Assembly (NCBI GenBank): GCA_050084985.1
Contig: JBITNC010000001.1
Span: 170,686,001 to 170,750,000, forward strand
Source of the DNA: Nageia nagi
Lineage: Eukaryota > Plantae > Pinophyta
Direction of reading: 5' to 3'
Length of the DNA stretch: 64,000 nt
The position numbers were made by a program, and so were the translations under genes. The stretch's first letter is position 1. Each line of letters starts with the position of its first letter. Positions 13,939-27,587 of this stretch are shown piece by piece. Under the pieces are notes generated by a model, which was not told the DNA's origin, ran no database searches, and saw only the letters and a program-made list of their open reading frames with translations.

Positions 13939-15076
13939 TTTGCGACATTGGTGTTCTTTTGAGTCTTCTGTTGTCCTAAGCCCATTAGCTTTTCTTGTAC
14001 TCTCCATATGGCCAAATTCCTCATAATAATATTTGATTTTTCATATGGAATATGAAAGTACCCCTGTTTCGGAAGTATCTTTCTTTTCCGTTTGAATTTT
14101 ATTGCAAATTCAGTTTCTCTTGTTGGAGATTGATGTTGACAAAAGATAACATGAAGACAAATTCTTTCATAGATTTGAGGATCGATCCAATGTAAACAAA
14201 CCACCTATACCATCTTCAAGGCAAACTTGCTATGGAGACTCTCAACCATTGAGAGAGGTGTTGAATGCAACTTCAACCTCCAAATTTTTTGGTGTGGTAC
14301 ATACACCAAAATACTTTTCCATTGGAAAAAAAAACAACAATCCTTGCCCTTTACAATAAGAAACATCGAGGTATAAGGATAAACATCCAGGCCTATACTT
14401 AAAAAAATGGCGAACAAATCAACTAACCTGATGACATATGGTGGTTATATGTGCTGACTGTTAAAGGAGATCACCTTGGGAACTTTGGCTGCCCACATAG
14501 CAATACCTATAAAATTGTAGAAGTGTTTGGAATATTAGATTATCAATAATATGTGATTTAATCAGCTTCCCAAGGAAGGTGATATCCATAGTAGAGGCCC
14601 AAGTTCAAAACCCAACATCTCTCTCAATGGTTGAGAGGCAGATTTGTTAATGGTTTTACACTACCTTTGCAAGATTAGATAGTTAGGACGGAGTTTAAAT
14701 GCCCTCCTTCAAAATTAAAAAAGGAATTTTCAAATCTTCAAAAAATAATGCACTTAACGACCAATGAAATCACGTTAATTGAGAAAGCAGGGGGGCACAC
14801 TTCATACTAATCATAGAAATATTAATTTCTTGTCAATGTGTTAATCAAAGGAGGAGGATGAACTTGTAATACAAGACCTTGCAGATTCTCAAACCTAGTG
14901 AGTATCGTGACTTAAAATGTAACACAAAAGAATCTCTCTACATCTGCATTAAAATTTTGCAATGTATATAAACAAATTTATTAATATCAACCAGAAAGAA
15001 GAACAAATGTATTAATATAGCATAATTTTCTGAAACTATAACTGAACCTATACTAATGAACAGTTTAGAGACATAC

Positions 15077-15188
15077 CGTCATGCCAATCCAAAAAGCATG
15101 TACTGTCCTATACTTTGAGGTGTTACAGAGAAAGATAATTTAGCATGTTGAATGAAAGTAGTGAAACCAGCCTAAGAAGCAGAACAAT
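15077..15188 (-). pseudogene. TVP38/TMEM64 (SNARE-associated Golgi protein) exon, copy A
   Basis: Bounded by ttgcAG| and |GTatgt. Translates, with two frameshifts, as IVLLLRLVSLLSFNMLNYL-SVTPQSIGQYML-FWIGMT, matching the family motif IVLLLRLVPLLPFNMLNYLLSVTP...YMLASWxGMM. Confidence 0.85.
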
Positions 15189-15674
15189 CTGCAAAGAACA
15201 AAATAAGACAAAATAAGTATTTACATTGTTATGATCGCCAAGTTTACATTTTTTAATTTAGTGTATTGAATAAAAAAGTGAATGGTTTAAGCACCAAAAA
15301 ATAAAAGGAAGGAAGACGTGTCATTGTAAAATAAGAGAACAAATTTCTTGTCATGCCATTCTTGAATTCAAAAGCCATACACATCATTAAATGTGAGGTA
15401 AAATGAAAAAACAATGTAAACAAGCTACTTTGCTTAACTAGAAGCAACGACTGCATTAAACACCAACCTGCAGATTAAATCTCACAGGCAGGAACAAACT
15501 TGAGCTCATAAGTTCCTGTCAAAGGGCCTCTAGCCTATCATAGAACTTAAAATATAATGCCCTCCCAATGAAAGATTAATTCTACCGTTTTGCCCATTGT
15601 GTTAAAAGGAGTTTGAACATAGTGAGTGGAAAAAGCAGTAAATATGTATTTAATACAGAGGATTGTATAACAAT

Positions 15675-16292
15675 CATAGAATTAAAAAACATCATTTAAA
15701 CGCAAAAAAATGTTGTTTTTTTCATTTTTCAAAAAAATTTGTATTTTCCTAAAAAAAAGGGAAAATGAATTATTTTTTAAAACTAAAATACGGCCGTTTA
15801 AACGGTCAAAAAATAGGAAAAATCGTTGAATGCGTAGAAAAAATGTAAGTTCCTTGGCGTATTTTGAAGACTGAAAAATGCGTTTTTTGACAAAAAAACG
15901 TCATCTAAACGCAAAAGACGTCAAAAAAATGCACGAGGAAAATAACTTAAACCCATCACCACACCCACCGTTTTTCACATTTTTTCCTCCAAAAGATGTC
16001 GTATTTAACATTAAAACGGCCAAAAAACACAAAAGAAAACATGCACACAAACCTTGCTGTACCCACTGTTTTTCCATTTTTTGACCCTTTTTTCCCAATA
16101 TTTGACAATTTTTTTGTCACGAATTTTTTCCGTTTTTAAACCATTTTTTGGTTTTTTTGACATTTTTCTATATTCACGAATTTTAAAATCCACGATTTTT
16201 TTCGTATTCAACGTATTTTGACCATTTAATGACCATTTTTTATGTATTTAATTCTAGGCCATATTTTCAAAAAATGGTCTTTTTATTCTATG
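15675..16292. mobile_element. Non-autonomous hAT-type DNA transposon (MITE), 618 bp
   Basis: TIRs catagaat(t)aaaaa / tttttattctatg. 8-bp TSD ataacaat/atcataat. Empty site atcacaat in duplicate copy B (~17948). Subterminal aaacg(g) repeats. Confidence 0.9.
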
Positions 16293-17374
16293 ATCATAAT
16301 ATCATGAATTAAGAATGCTGTCAACATTGATAGGCAATTGACCATACCGTCAAATTTGATAGTTGCTCATAGGGTTACTTTGTTTCTTTCTTTTGTTCGT
16401 GGGTTTGGACCTTCAATACTACATTGTTTTTGTAACAACATGTTGCTACCATACATATAAACATTATTTGTGCTCTAACTAAATGTTCAAGCATATAGAG
16501 ACGGCCATTAAGAAACTATCATGGTCCCCATTCTTCTAACCTACAAAGCATTGATCCCAAACATCGCATTCTTGGTTCTCGTGCAGAAAACATTCAATAG
16601 TTGAAAGTGTCATAGTTTTAGTTGGTTTCTGTATCATTGATGTTCAACTTTGAAACCTCATGCCAAATGGAGGAACAAGAATCGATCCCAAAAATGGCAT
16701 TCTTGGGTCTGATGCAAAAAGCATTCAACATATGAAACAGTATCATAACTGCACTTGGTTTCTGTACTAATGTTTTTTGACCTAGAGGCCCCATGCCAAG
16801 ATGTTGAAATTCTCTTGCGAGAAAAGGAACATGAGTTGCAGTTTTGGATTAACACTCTTTATTAGACACATTAAATAGATTGAAACATGAATTGCAATTT
16901 TGGATTAACACTCTTTATTAGACACATTAAATAGATTGAATAAGGAAATCTTCAAAAAAAAAATGTGGTTAATGATTCTACACTACCTGTGCAAGATCAG
17001 GTAGTTAGGATGAAGTATAAATACTCTCCTTCGGAATTAAAAAAGGAATTTTCAAATCTTCAAAAAAAAATGCACTTAGTGATACATCCAATCACGTGAA
17101 TTGAGAAAGCAAGGGGTTAGACTTCATTTTAATCATAGAAATATTAATTTCTTATCAATGTGTTAATCAAAGGAGCAGGATGAACTTGTAATACAAGACC
17201 TCATAGCTTCTCAAAACTAGGGAGTATCAATTAAATTTTGCAATGTATATAAACAAATGTATTAATAATTTAATATCAACCAGAAAGAAAAGAACAAATG
17301 TGTTTACAGATCATATAGTATAATTTTCTGAAACTATAACTGAACCAATACTAATGAACAGTTTAGGGATATAC

Positions 17375-17486
17375 CATCATGCCAATCCAAGAAGCATGTA
17401 CTGTCCTATACTTTGAGGTGTTACAGAGAAAGATAATTTAGCATGTTGAATGAAAGTAGTGAAACCAGCCTAAGAAGCAGAACAAT
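17375..17486 (-). pseudogene. TVP38/TMEM64 exon, copy B
   Basis: The same 112-nt exon with AG/GT borders and the same frameshifts, ending ...SWIGMM. Confidence 0.85.
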
Positions 17487-20321
17487 CTGCAAAGAACCAA
17501 ATACGACAAAATGAGTATTTACATTGTTATGATCGCCAAGTTTACTTTTTTTTAATTAGTGTATTGAATAAAAAAGCAGATGGTATAAGCACCAAAAAAA
17601 AGAGGAGGAAGACATGTAAAATAAGACGACAAAGTCGTGCCATTTTTAAATTCAAAAGCCAAACACATAATTAAATATGTAAGGTAAATGAAAGGACAAT
17701 GTAAGCAAACTACCTTGCTTAACTAGAAGCAACGACTACATCAAACACCAACCTACAAATTAAACCTCACAGGCAGGAACAAACTTGAACCCCATAAGTG
17801 CCTATCAAAGGGCCTCTAGCCTTTCATAGACTTTAATATAATGCCCTGCAAATGAAAGGTTAATTCTACAATTTGCCCAGTGTTAAAAAGAGCTTGAACA
17901 TAGTGAGTGGAACAAGCAGTAAATATGTATTTAATAGAGAGTATTGTATCACAATATCATGAATTTCCTGACAAGATGTAATCAATGTAGGATTGATTAG
18001 GAGTGCTATCAACATTGACGTGCATTTGACCATCCCGTCAAGTTTGATAGCTGCTCACATGATTACTTTGTTCCTTTCTTCTGCTCATGGGTTTGGACCT
18101 TCAATACTACATTCATGAGCATTAGCCTTCAATACAATATTATTTTTGTAACAGTATGTTGCTGCCATACATATAATGACTATTTGTAACTCCAACTAAT
18201 CTACAAACGTTCAACCATAGAGAGACAACCATTAAGAAACTATCATGTTCCCCATTCTGCAAACATCACATTCTTGGATCTAGTGCAGAAAACGTTCAAC
18301 GGTTGAAAGTGTTATAACTATAGTTGGTTTATGTATAATTGATGTTTGAAACCTCATGCTAAATGGGGAAACAAGAATCAATCCCAAAAATGGCATTCTT
18401 GGGTCATGCAAAAAGCATTTAACATACGAAATAGTATTATAACTGCACTTGGTTTCTGTACTATTATTTTTTTGACCTAGAAGCCCCATGCCAAGATGTT
18501 GAAATTCTCTTGCAAGCAAAGGAACAGTAGTTGCAGTTTTAGATTTACAGGCTTTATTAGGCACATTAAATAGATTGAATAAGGAAATCTTGCTGATGGT
18601 AAGATTAGGTTACTAAAGGAGATTTTCCAAGGCCAACGATGTCAGTGGGGAGAATGTTGGGTGTATGCCAATGAGGGGATTACTGGGCTTGCCCTCAAGA
18701 ACAATTGTTAGCAGGCTGGGTTGACCAAAGGATTTGAAGTCTTAGTTGGTACTTGGTTCAAGTTGGCAAAGTGTCATGAAGTGGCCCATACAACAACAAG
18801 GTGACGAAGTGGCCCATACAACAAGAAGGTGACGACACATAGAGTACGAATTATGTTACATGCAAATAAACACCAATTACTTATAATTGAGGTAGACTTA
18901 ACAAGACATATGCAGTAAAGAATATACAATATCCAAATACATATTGTGTGCTTCGATCTTTGTGATAAATTTTGATCCCTTCCTAAAAAACAAAGTGACC
19001 TAGCAATCTTCCTTTAGTTACATAGATAACTGATTTATTAGAATAAAAAGATATCCAAAATGACAAGAATCTATCACAAATTTATTTGGTTTTGAAATTA
19101 ATCCTTTTTCTTTCACCAAAAATATGGCCATAATATCAAAAGAGATGATAACTTTTATCCTTCAAGGGTTGAAAAATATAGACCATACCTTGTTATTGAA
19201 AGGTTGTCCCACATTTATCAGTCCACTGGAAAAATTTTAATACACAACTTTTACTTACGGTTTATAAAATAAAACACCCTGATTTCTCTATTCTCTTTAG
19301 AAATGAAAAAAAAAGAAACTATATTAATGTCCTCGGGTGACCAAAAGCGATCAATGGGACTAGCATGTACAGTCCTGCTGGGAAAACCAGCTAGGCCCTT
19401 AATGGGTCCCAACTAAGAAAAGCAAAAGGAACTGAGCTAAATCGAAAAATTCTAGGTTAAAGAGCCACACCCTGGTGGAAGGGGTAGGGGGTAAAAAATC
19501 TAGAGCAACCATGGAGAAGTCATCCTGGGCCTACCCAAAAGGGGAGTGTGGCAATGTACTTTGGTCCAAGGAGGGATCATGGTTGTCCATGGGTGAAGTG
19601 CTCGAGGTGTTGCTAGGTGGAAAGAAAGAAGTGATCCGACGATTCCTCAACGGCCCCAGCATGCTCTGAAGGCGTCTCCTAGTCCGATGGGGTGGCCGTG
19701 GGTGTTCCTCTACATCTTCTACGGGCCCCCTCTAAGAAGGAGGTATGGAAGAAGGATGTAATGTATCGGTCACCTAAGGGCTGTTCAGTACGAGCTAGGA
19801 GTTGTCTCCGTAGTAGGAGGAAGGCCTCTTGGAGGTAAAGGGCTAGGCATCGCTGATATGGGTACCCGATGAAAGAAGCAAAAGAACCATGTGAATGAGT
19901 AAAATATTTCAAATCTATGTGAAATGTATAATAGGTAATATGATATTTGCTAAGATAAACTTTTAAACCGTTTTCATGATCCACACTTCCAAATTTGAAA
20001 ATGAATTTTTTTGCTTTTGTAAATATCTAAGCATCTATGTTAGCAGTTACATTGTGTTAGAATTCCTTATGTCTTCAAATGTTGATAGGACCATGTAAAG
20101 ACATCCATAGATTTCAAAACAAATCTTTAATTTGAGCTCTCTATTTAAAATAAATATATATATTAATATCACAGGTGATCAAAAATAGGTCAATGGGATC
20201 AATAGTACTATCCAGCAAAAATAAGAAAGCATTAAAGACCCTAGGCACTCACAAAAATGCTATAAAGCAATACAATGTCTTGTGGAATCACATAGAGAGA
20301 CCAAAGAGCATTTGATAGAGA

Positions 20322-20859
20322 CTAACTTACTAGGTTCGAATTTGAGTTTAACTTTGATTTCGAAAAATTCAACATTAAAATCGATAGGGTTTAAAAAATT
20401 TGGCATGAAATTTGAAATTAAATTATATATATTAAAAACATAATAAAATATTTATATATACATGCTAAAAATTAAAATATTGTACACCCATTTCATTTCA
20501 TTTAGATAAAAGTTAAAACAATCATATACATGATATATCAAAGATTCAAACGTTGTCCAATGTCATATAGATCTAAGATAATCATAAAACATCAAAATGT
20601 TGTTATATAGATAAAAGTAAAATAACCAAATGTTGTCAACCTGTCATATAGATCTAAAATAATCATTAAACCGGAAATAACTTATTCCAAAGCCTAAAAA
20701 CATGATTTTCAACAATTGCAATTGGCAAACTTCAACGAATTTCATGAATTTGAAAGAGCCGAATCTGAAGGCGAATTTAATCAAATTTATTCAACTGTGC
20801 TTGAAAAATAAGCGAATTTCAATATGAATCGATGAAAATCGATGAATTTTGTAACTAGG
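20322..20859. mobile_element. Non-autonomous hAT-type MITE
   Basis: 8-bp TSD gatagaga/tatagaga, degenerate TIR (ctaacttac / gtaactagg), and subterminal cgaattt-type repeats at both ends. Confidence 0.65.
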
Positions 20860-20997
20860 TATAGAGAAATGCCTATTAGGTGGAAAATAATGGACAATCA
20901 TCTCTATCACGAGGTTTTGGCTGCAAGAGAGTCATCATGTATCACTCTAATGGAACCAATGGAAGATCTAATCACCTCAAGCAAAGAGTCCTAAGCT

Positions 20998-21143
20998 AGA
21001 AGGTTTGAGTGAGATTTAGGTGTTATACTCCCCTTGTGACATATTTGTCATGTATGTCAATCAAATACTAAGAAGGTTCGAGTGAGATTTAGGTGTTATG
21101 CTCCCCTTGTGACATATTTGTCATGTATGTCAATCAAATACTA
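20998..21143. repeat. Tandem duplication, 73-bp unit x2
   Basis: agaaggtt.gagtgagatttaggtgtta...aatcaaatacta at 20998 and 21071. Confidence 0.95.
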
Positions 21144-22285
21144 AGGATATAAGAGTTACAGATCTTGCTCCCCCTTTAATAGAAATAATTATGATTCTTC
21201 AGGAGACTAAATGATATATTCAACAAAACCTACTCAGTCAATGATACAATCCACGTACATGGTCTGAACTTTTGAATTCCAGCATCGATTGAAAGCCCTT
21301 TTCATTAAATTTCCTTCTTAGAATATGGCTTCTTCAAGATAAAGTAAAGCATATATCCTAGGCTCCTATTCTTCTAAAAAAAAATACCATTTGAATGCTT
21401 CACTTTGAACACACAACATATCAATTTAGGTTTAGGTTCTGGATGATCCTTTGCAAAGGTAGGTATCATTGCAAAAGACCAAATTAACGAGGTTACCATT
21501 CTCATGCTTGCAAAGAGCTTTGGACTTGAACAAAGTTTTAAATCTTGGCAATAGATACAATCCCTAATTTTTGAAGATATGGTAAACCTTTCACTAAGAT
21601 TAACTAAGGCACATGCCATCATCTTCCTTGAGATTCTCAAAAAGTTTCTCAATTTGAGAGGATTCCTTCCCTCTTCAAACTATGTTCTTCTTTGACCATG
21701 AACATTACTGAAACGCAACCAGACGCGCCACCCCTTGGGGCGTGGCCGTCGATGGTAACGCCCGGCACTGACATAGTCGACACGGTCCGAAAGCCTAGGT
21801 ACTGGACTTATGGGAATCACCCTGCTAGATGTATCCTCTCATGGCCCGTCCCGCACGGCTAGCCGACTCCACCATATCTGTCAAGTCCATAGTTGCATAC
21901 TGCTCGAGGCCTCGTACCTCTAGAGCTGGTCCGGCCCTTGGAGCATCGGACTGATTTGTCATAGTTACCAGGATGCCTGGTGCTCACCGCCCAACCAACG
22001 ACCTTCAAAAGGGTATCACCCCAAAGTTCCCCCTGAGCTGTATTCACCCATCCATGTCGCCCAGTCCAACCATAGGAACGGACTCTCAACCTTGTCCGCC
22101 ATGGTTCCTAAAGCACAACAATCTGGGCTCGGAATGGATCCTCGTGTACTAGAGGTTATGCTCTACATACACTCACCACCCTGGGAGAGGCGGCCCTCTC
22201 ACATTCTCCCCCACTTGAAGATGTTGACATCCTCATCAATAATGTACCCCGAAGGGACGAGTGGGTCTCTGGCAACAAATTGGTG

Positions 22286-25200
22286 CTAGTCACACCACCA
22301 ATATTTTTCATGGCCTTCAGCCAGGAACTCTTGGATCTTATCCTCGAAGTTCCATAAGCTTTCTGCTCTTTCCCATGTGTCATTTTCGATGGTTTCACCT
22401 TCCCATCTGACAAGGTACTCGATTTTCTTAATCTTACCAAAACCCCTTGTCCTGACACCCTTGATCTCTTTTACTATCTTCTGCATTCTGTCGATGATAC
22501 CGGCAGGCGGGCGAGTGGGAACCATCCTCTTAGGATTTTCTGAATCTTCCACACATGGCCTCAACTGGCTGACATGAAAAACATCTTGTATGTGCAGATG
22601 ACTTGGTAACTGGATCTTATACGCCACTTTGCCAATTCGCTTAATCACTCTGAACGGTCCCTCATATCTCCTCGTGAGAGACTTTGATGTTCCCAGTGCA
22701 GGCTTGAAGTGGTCTCCATCAATTCTCAAAAATACCAAGTCCCCAACCTTGAACTCCAACTCCCGTCTCCTCTGATCTACATTTTTCTGCATTCTGTCCT
22801 GGGCCTGTAGTAGAAATGCTCGTGCGACATCTATTCTCTCCTTCCAATCCTCCAGGTACCGAGTTGCCGATGGGCAAGTGCTATAGTATTCTGGTACCAC
22901 CGTGTGGGAGCGATTGGTTGCCTACCCGTGGCAAGTTCGAATGGAGTGAATTTATTTGAGGCTGACTTCTGGCTATTGTAACTGAATTGCACCATGTCCA
23001 AGAGGTTAGGCCAATTTGTTTGGTCTGATGTCACATAATGCCTCAAGTATTCCTCTAGGATCCCATTTACTCTCTCTATATGCCCATCCGTATGTGGATG
23101 GTGACTTATGGACAGAGATAGCTTTGTGCCCATTATCCTGAATAACGCTGACCAAAAGTTACTAGTGAATCGAGCATCCCTATCCGACACAATGTTCAAT
23201 GGTATCCCCCTATATTTCACAATATGCTTGAAGAAGTATTCGGCTGCTATTGCCGCTTCGCATGGATACTTACATGGGATGAATGTGGCATACTTAGAGA
23301 ATCTATCAACCACTACCATAATGCTAGTATATCCTTGTACCTCTGGTAAGTTGGTGATAAAGTCCATGCTGACACTCACCCACGGTCTGACAGGTATTGG
23401 GAGAGGTTGAAGTAAACCTGCTGGCCGTTTTCTCTCACTCTTATCTTGTTGGCACAACAGGCAGCTTCTTACATAGCTTTCCACATCCTTGAACATGTTC
23501 GGCCAATAGTATCCTCTAGAGATTAAAGCCATCATCCTATCTCTTCCTAGGTGTCTGACCCAAGGTGAGTCGTGACACTCTTTCATTATCTCTATTCTTA
23601 GGCCATCCCACTTCGGCACATAGACCCTGTTGGCTCCATACAATAATAAACCCATACAGATTCTGAACTTGGTCAACCGATTCACATTTGCAAATTTATC
23701 CGTTGAGGCTACCATTGCTTTGGCCTGTGGGTCTTTTTCCATTCCCTCTTTGATCCTCGAAACCAAATCCCCTGAAAGCTAAACTTGACCTGGCTGATTT
23801 GGCTGCTGATCCTCTTTGGCCAACTCCCCTAGCCATTTGTCATCACAGTGAGGGCACGGGGTGGTCTCTCCCCCACTTGAGCTTGGGCGAGCTCCTGCAA
23901 GCCCTCATTAGGGTCCTTTAGTTGATCCTTACGGCTCAAGGCATCCGCTATCGCATTCTTCTTGCCAGGGTTGTATCTAAACTCAGCATCATATTCGGCC
24001 AAGAAGTCTGCCCATCGTGCCTTCTTGCCTGTTAGCTTGCTAGATGTCTTAAAATAAGTGTTGGAGATGTTGTCCATTTTGATCACAAACGGAGTGCCCA
24101 ATAGATAGTGTCTCCAAACATGTAAATAGTGTAAAAATGCCACCATTTCCTTATCATGCGTGAGGTAATTCCTCTCTACGTCTTTTAGCTTTCGTGATTC
24201 ATAAGCTATGGGGTGTCCATCCTGAATCAAGACCCCATCGATGGCATAATCTGAGGCATCCGTGTGCACTTCAAAAGGCTTAGAGAAATCAGGCAAGGCT
24301 AAGATAGGTGAGGTTGTGAGTTTACTCTTTAACTCCTTGAATGCTCTCTATCGATCTGCTATCCAAAACCACCTTGTCTGCTTTCTAAGCAACTGAGTGA
24401 GGGGAGCTGCTATCTTCGAATATCCACACAAACTTTCTATAATAGTTGGCTAAGCCCAAAAATTATTTGAGTTGATGGACATCCTTCGGAGGCTCCCAAT
24501 CTCGAATGGCATCTAATTTATTCATTTCTGGCTTAATCTTTCCACCATCGACAACATGTCCCAGGAAACTCACTTCAGTTTGTGCAAAGGCACATTTTTC
24601 CTTTTTGACGTAAAGCTCGTTCTCCCTGAGCTTGTCAAACACCAAGGCCAAATGTGTTTTGTGGTCCTCTAGGGACTTGCTATAAACCAATATGTTGTCC
24701 AGATACACCATGATAAACTTATCCAAATAAGGTCGAAACACATCGTTCATAAGTGTACAAAATGTTACCGGGGTGTTGTACAAGCCAAATGGCATAACCA
24801 TAAAGTCGAAAGAGCCATATCTCGTCACATAGGTTGTTTTCTCTTCATCACCCTATGCGATGCGTACTTGGTAATAACCTTGCTTTAAATCAAGCTTCGA
24901 GAAGTACATGACTTTACCCAATCGATCAAAACAATCCTCAATGAGTGGGAGTGGGTACTTGTTTTTTATCGTAATTTTATTAAGGGCCCGGTAGTCCACA
25001 CACATCCGTAATGACCTATCTTTCTTCTTCTGAAATAGCACTGGTGCCCCGTAAGGCGAGTGAGACGGTCTCAAATAACCGATGACCATCAACTCTTCCA
25101 GCTGCTTCTTTAACTTTGCCATTTCAGCCACTGACAGTCTATACGATCTGATGGACAGTGGTTTGGCCCCTGGAGTCAACTCAATCTTGTGATCTACTAT

Positions 25201-27222
25201 TCTCCTCGATGGAAGTCAGGTTGGTAACTCCACCGGCATCACATCTCCATATCTCTCCAGAACTTCCTTAATCTCCCCTAGAACTACTGCTTTCTCCACT
25301 TCCTGATCTTCCCATCCACCCAACATAGCTGCTAGAAATAAGGGTTCTCGTTTCTTCCTAGAGGCTTTTCTAATAGACATGGCAGACAGGTTTTGGAGGT
25401 GACCACTAGACCTAGGTTCAACAAGGTCGACCATGCACGAGTAGTCGGGGTGCATAATGACCAACTTCCCGATGTGGGGCATGGCTGCGGCATGGGCAGT
25501 ATAGATGAAGGATTGACCTAGGACCAGGTCAAAGTTGAGGCTAGGCACCACAAAGAGGATTGTGGTTCCAAGGCACTTCCCTACTTGGAGAGACACTTTG
25601 GGGGTTCGGTGCAAATTGATTTCCTCTGGCCGGATGGCAACTTGCAAGGAGTCATTGGACTTGTGCATTTTGAGGCCCAAATCCTTGCATAGACATTCAG
25701 ATATATAATTACTTGACACACCCCCATCGACAAGAGCCATGACAGGTCTACCATTAAGGGTTACATCTACATAACTGAGAGGGTAATGTTGGCTCTCATC
25801 GATATGAGTCGACTTGCCCTCAATGGCTGCCAAAGCATTCAAAAGTCGAACACTAGGGTTGCCTTGAGGGTTCGATGTCGTTGGGGTAGACATCGTGAGG
25901 GCCAGCGGTTGAGGAGGTTGAGTGACATAGTATTGGACCGGTTGGATTTGGGGCGTGGCCAAGTTCATGATGTTGAGGTGATTTTGGTGAGGGCATTCTC
26001 TAGCAATATGATCGGTACCATCACACCTAAAGCACCTTGATTTGCTTTGTCGCTCATACTCCACCCATCGAGCCTTCTGATATCGATTATTATCTTCACC
26101 CTGATACCCTCTTTTGCCCTTTTTATTCCTATCATGCTTGCCCTCTCCTTTCCCAAATCTTTCCTGCTTACCCCTGTTGTCTCTGTCATCCCGACTGTCA
26201 CTTCCCCAACCTTTCCTATGCTTCCGCTTGTCCCCCGAATTCTTCTTTTCGGAACTTGGCCCTCTTTTCCCATCTCTTTTATTTCCTTTATCCATCTTCA
26301 AACTAGACTCTTTATAGTCAATCAGCTTTTCTACCGCTGATATCGCTTCGGTGAGCTTGCTTATCTGTTGTCTATTCAACTCGGCCTTGGCCCAGGGTTG
26401 AAGGCCTTTCATAAAATAGTGTAGTTTAACATGCTCTTGCAAGCCCATTGTTGCCAACACATATATCTGGAAAGCCTTAATATAGTCTTTTATGGTACCG
26501 ATGTATTGGAGAGTGTCCAACTTCTCAAGGATCTTTATCTCTGCATTAGTGGGCTTAAATTGCTCTCTCACGAGCTGTTGGAAGTTTTCCCACATTTTAC
26601 AAGGATCCACCCCTGTCAGTGATGTAGAACGGGTTCTCCACCAAAGTTTTGCACCACCTTCTAATAAACCCACTACGATATTGATCTTTTTTTGATCATC
26701 AACCCGAGGAAGTTGACTGAAGTAATGACCCAAATCCCAGATCCATGTCTCCAACACTATGGCATCTCGTTCTCCACTATACGAGGTTGGCATTTTCACC
26801 TTTATTCTATCCTCGACCTTGTCTTGTCCTACCGAACCCATCGTGAGTTGCATTAGCAAGGTTATCTTTTCGGTCAGGTCCTAGATAACCCATCTATCTT
26901 TTCCCACTTGAGTTTCTAAGTTGAAAACATGGTTACCCAAGTCCACGGTCTCACTGCGTATGACCTCGTGCTCCTCAGTAAGGGCAGCATTTTTTGCTTG
27001 GAGTCGCATGATCATATCACCATCCCCCACTCTTTCACTATGCGGTTTCCTTTTATTTTGATCCCTCAGTTCCTTGAACTACTCCAAATATTTATCCATT
27101 GTGATTTGATGTATGACTCGGTAAGGAGTTTCCTCCTCTTCATCCCGAGCAACCGATTCCTGTGATGCCACTTCCTCAGGCACCTCATCCAATAGTATTT
27201 CTTCCACTAGCTACGTAGACAT
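22286..27222 (-). pseudogene. gag-pol polyprotein of the chromovirus (several stops and frameshifts)
   Basis: 25216..26859 Gag with CCHC knuckle (CFRCDGTDHIAREC) and protease (ALVDGG). 24463-25179 RT ([16 protein letters not shown]). 23829..24296 RNase H (TDASDYA, ADALSR). 22831..23766 integrase (SDRD, ERVN). 22286..22900 GPF motif and chromodomain (EYLVRWEG...TWE). Confidence 0.95.
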
Positions 27223-27587
27223 CTTGAACAACCTGACATAATCCCCAATAATAGTTTGATGTAGGTAGACACACGTGGACATAGCTATCACACTTCATGC
27301 TTCAAACCTACATCAAGGGACATATCAGTCAGGACACAACATAAGGCACCACGAATTGCTAAGGCAAACAAAGGTTGTGCATGAGCAGAAATAAACACAC
27401 AACACAAGCATGCACAAACACATGGCAAACATCACATCACATTCTCTCACCCCTGCTAGACTCTCTATAATTTCACACGGGATCGGGGGGGTAAGACAGA
27501 AACCATGTTTTGCCTTTCACATAGCAATTCTATTATATCATCGACATGGCATACAGGATCCCACTCCTTACACGAGGAGTTTCATAA

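Larger units (their letters stand above)
14640..18591. repeat. Tandem segmental duplication: copy A ~14640-16950 (with MITE insertion), copy B ~16965-18591
   Basis: Collinear blocks, e.g. aaaaggaattttcaaatcttc, tactttgaggtgttacagagaaag, gggtttggaccttcaatactacatt and aaatagattgaataaggaaatctt, occur in both copies. Confidence 0.93.

Noticed and set aside
13926-14417. Minus-strand ORFs of 92 and 70 aa
   Set aside because: No recognisable homology, and the splice-like sites alone are insufficient.
19320-19870. GC-richer block, possibly a LINE 3' fragment (similar start near 20160)
   Set aside because: No domain motif, clear tail or TSD identifiable by eye.
25786-26695. Several + strand ORFs
   Set aside because: Antisense shadows of the gag ORF with no recognisable domains.
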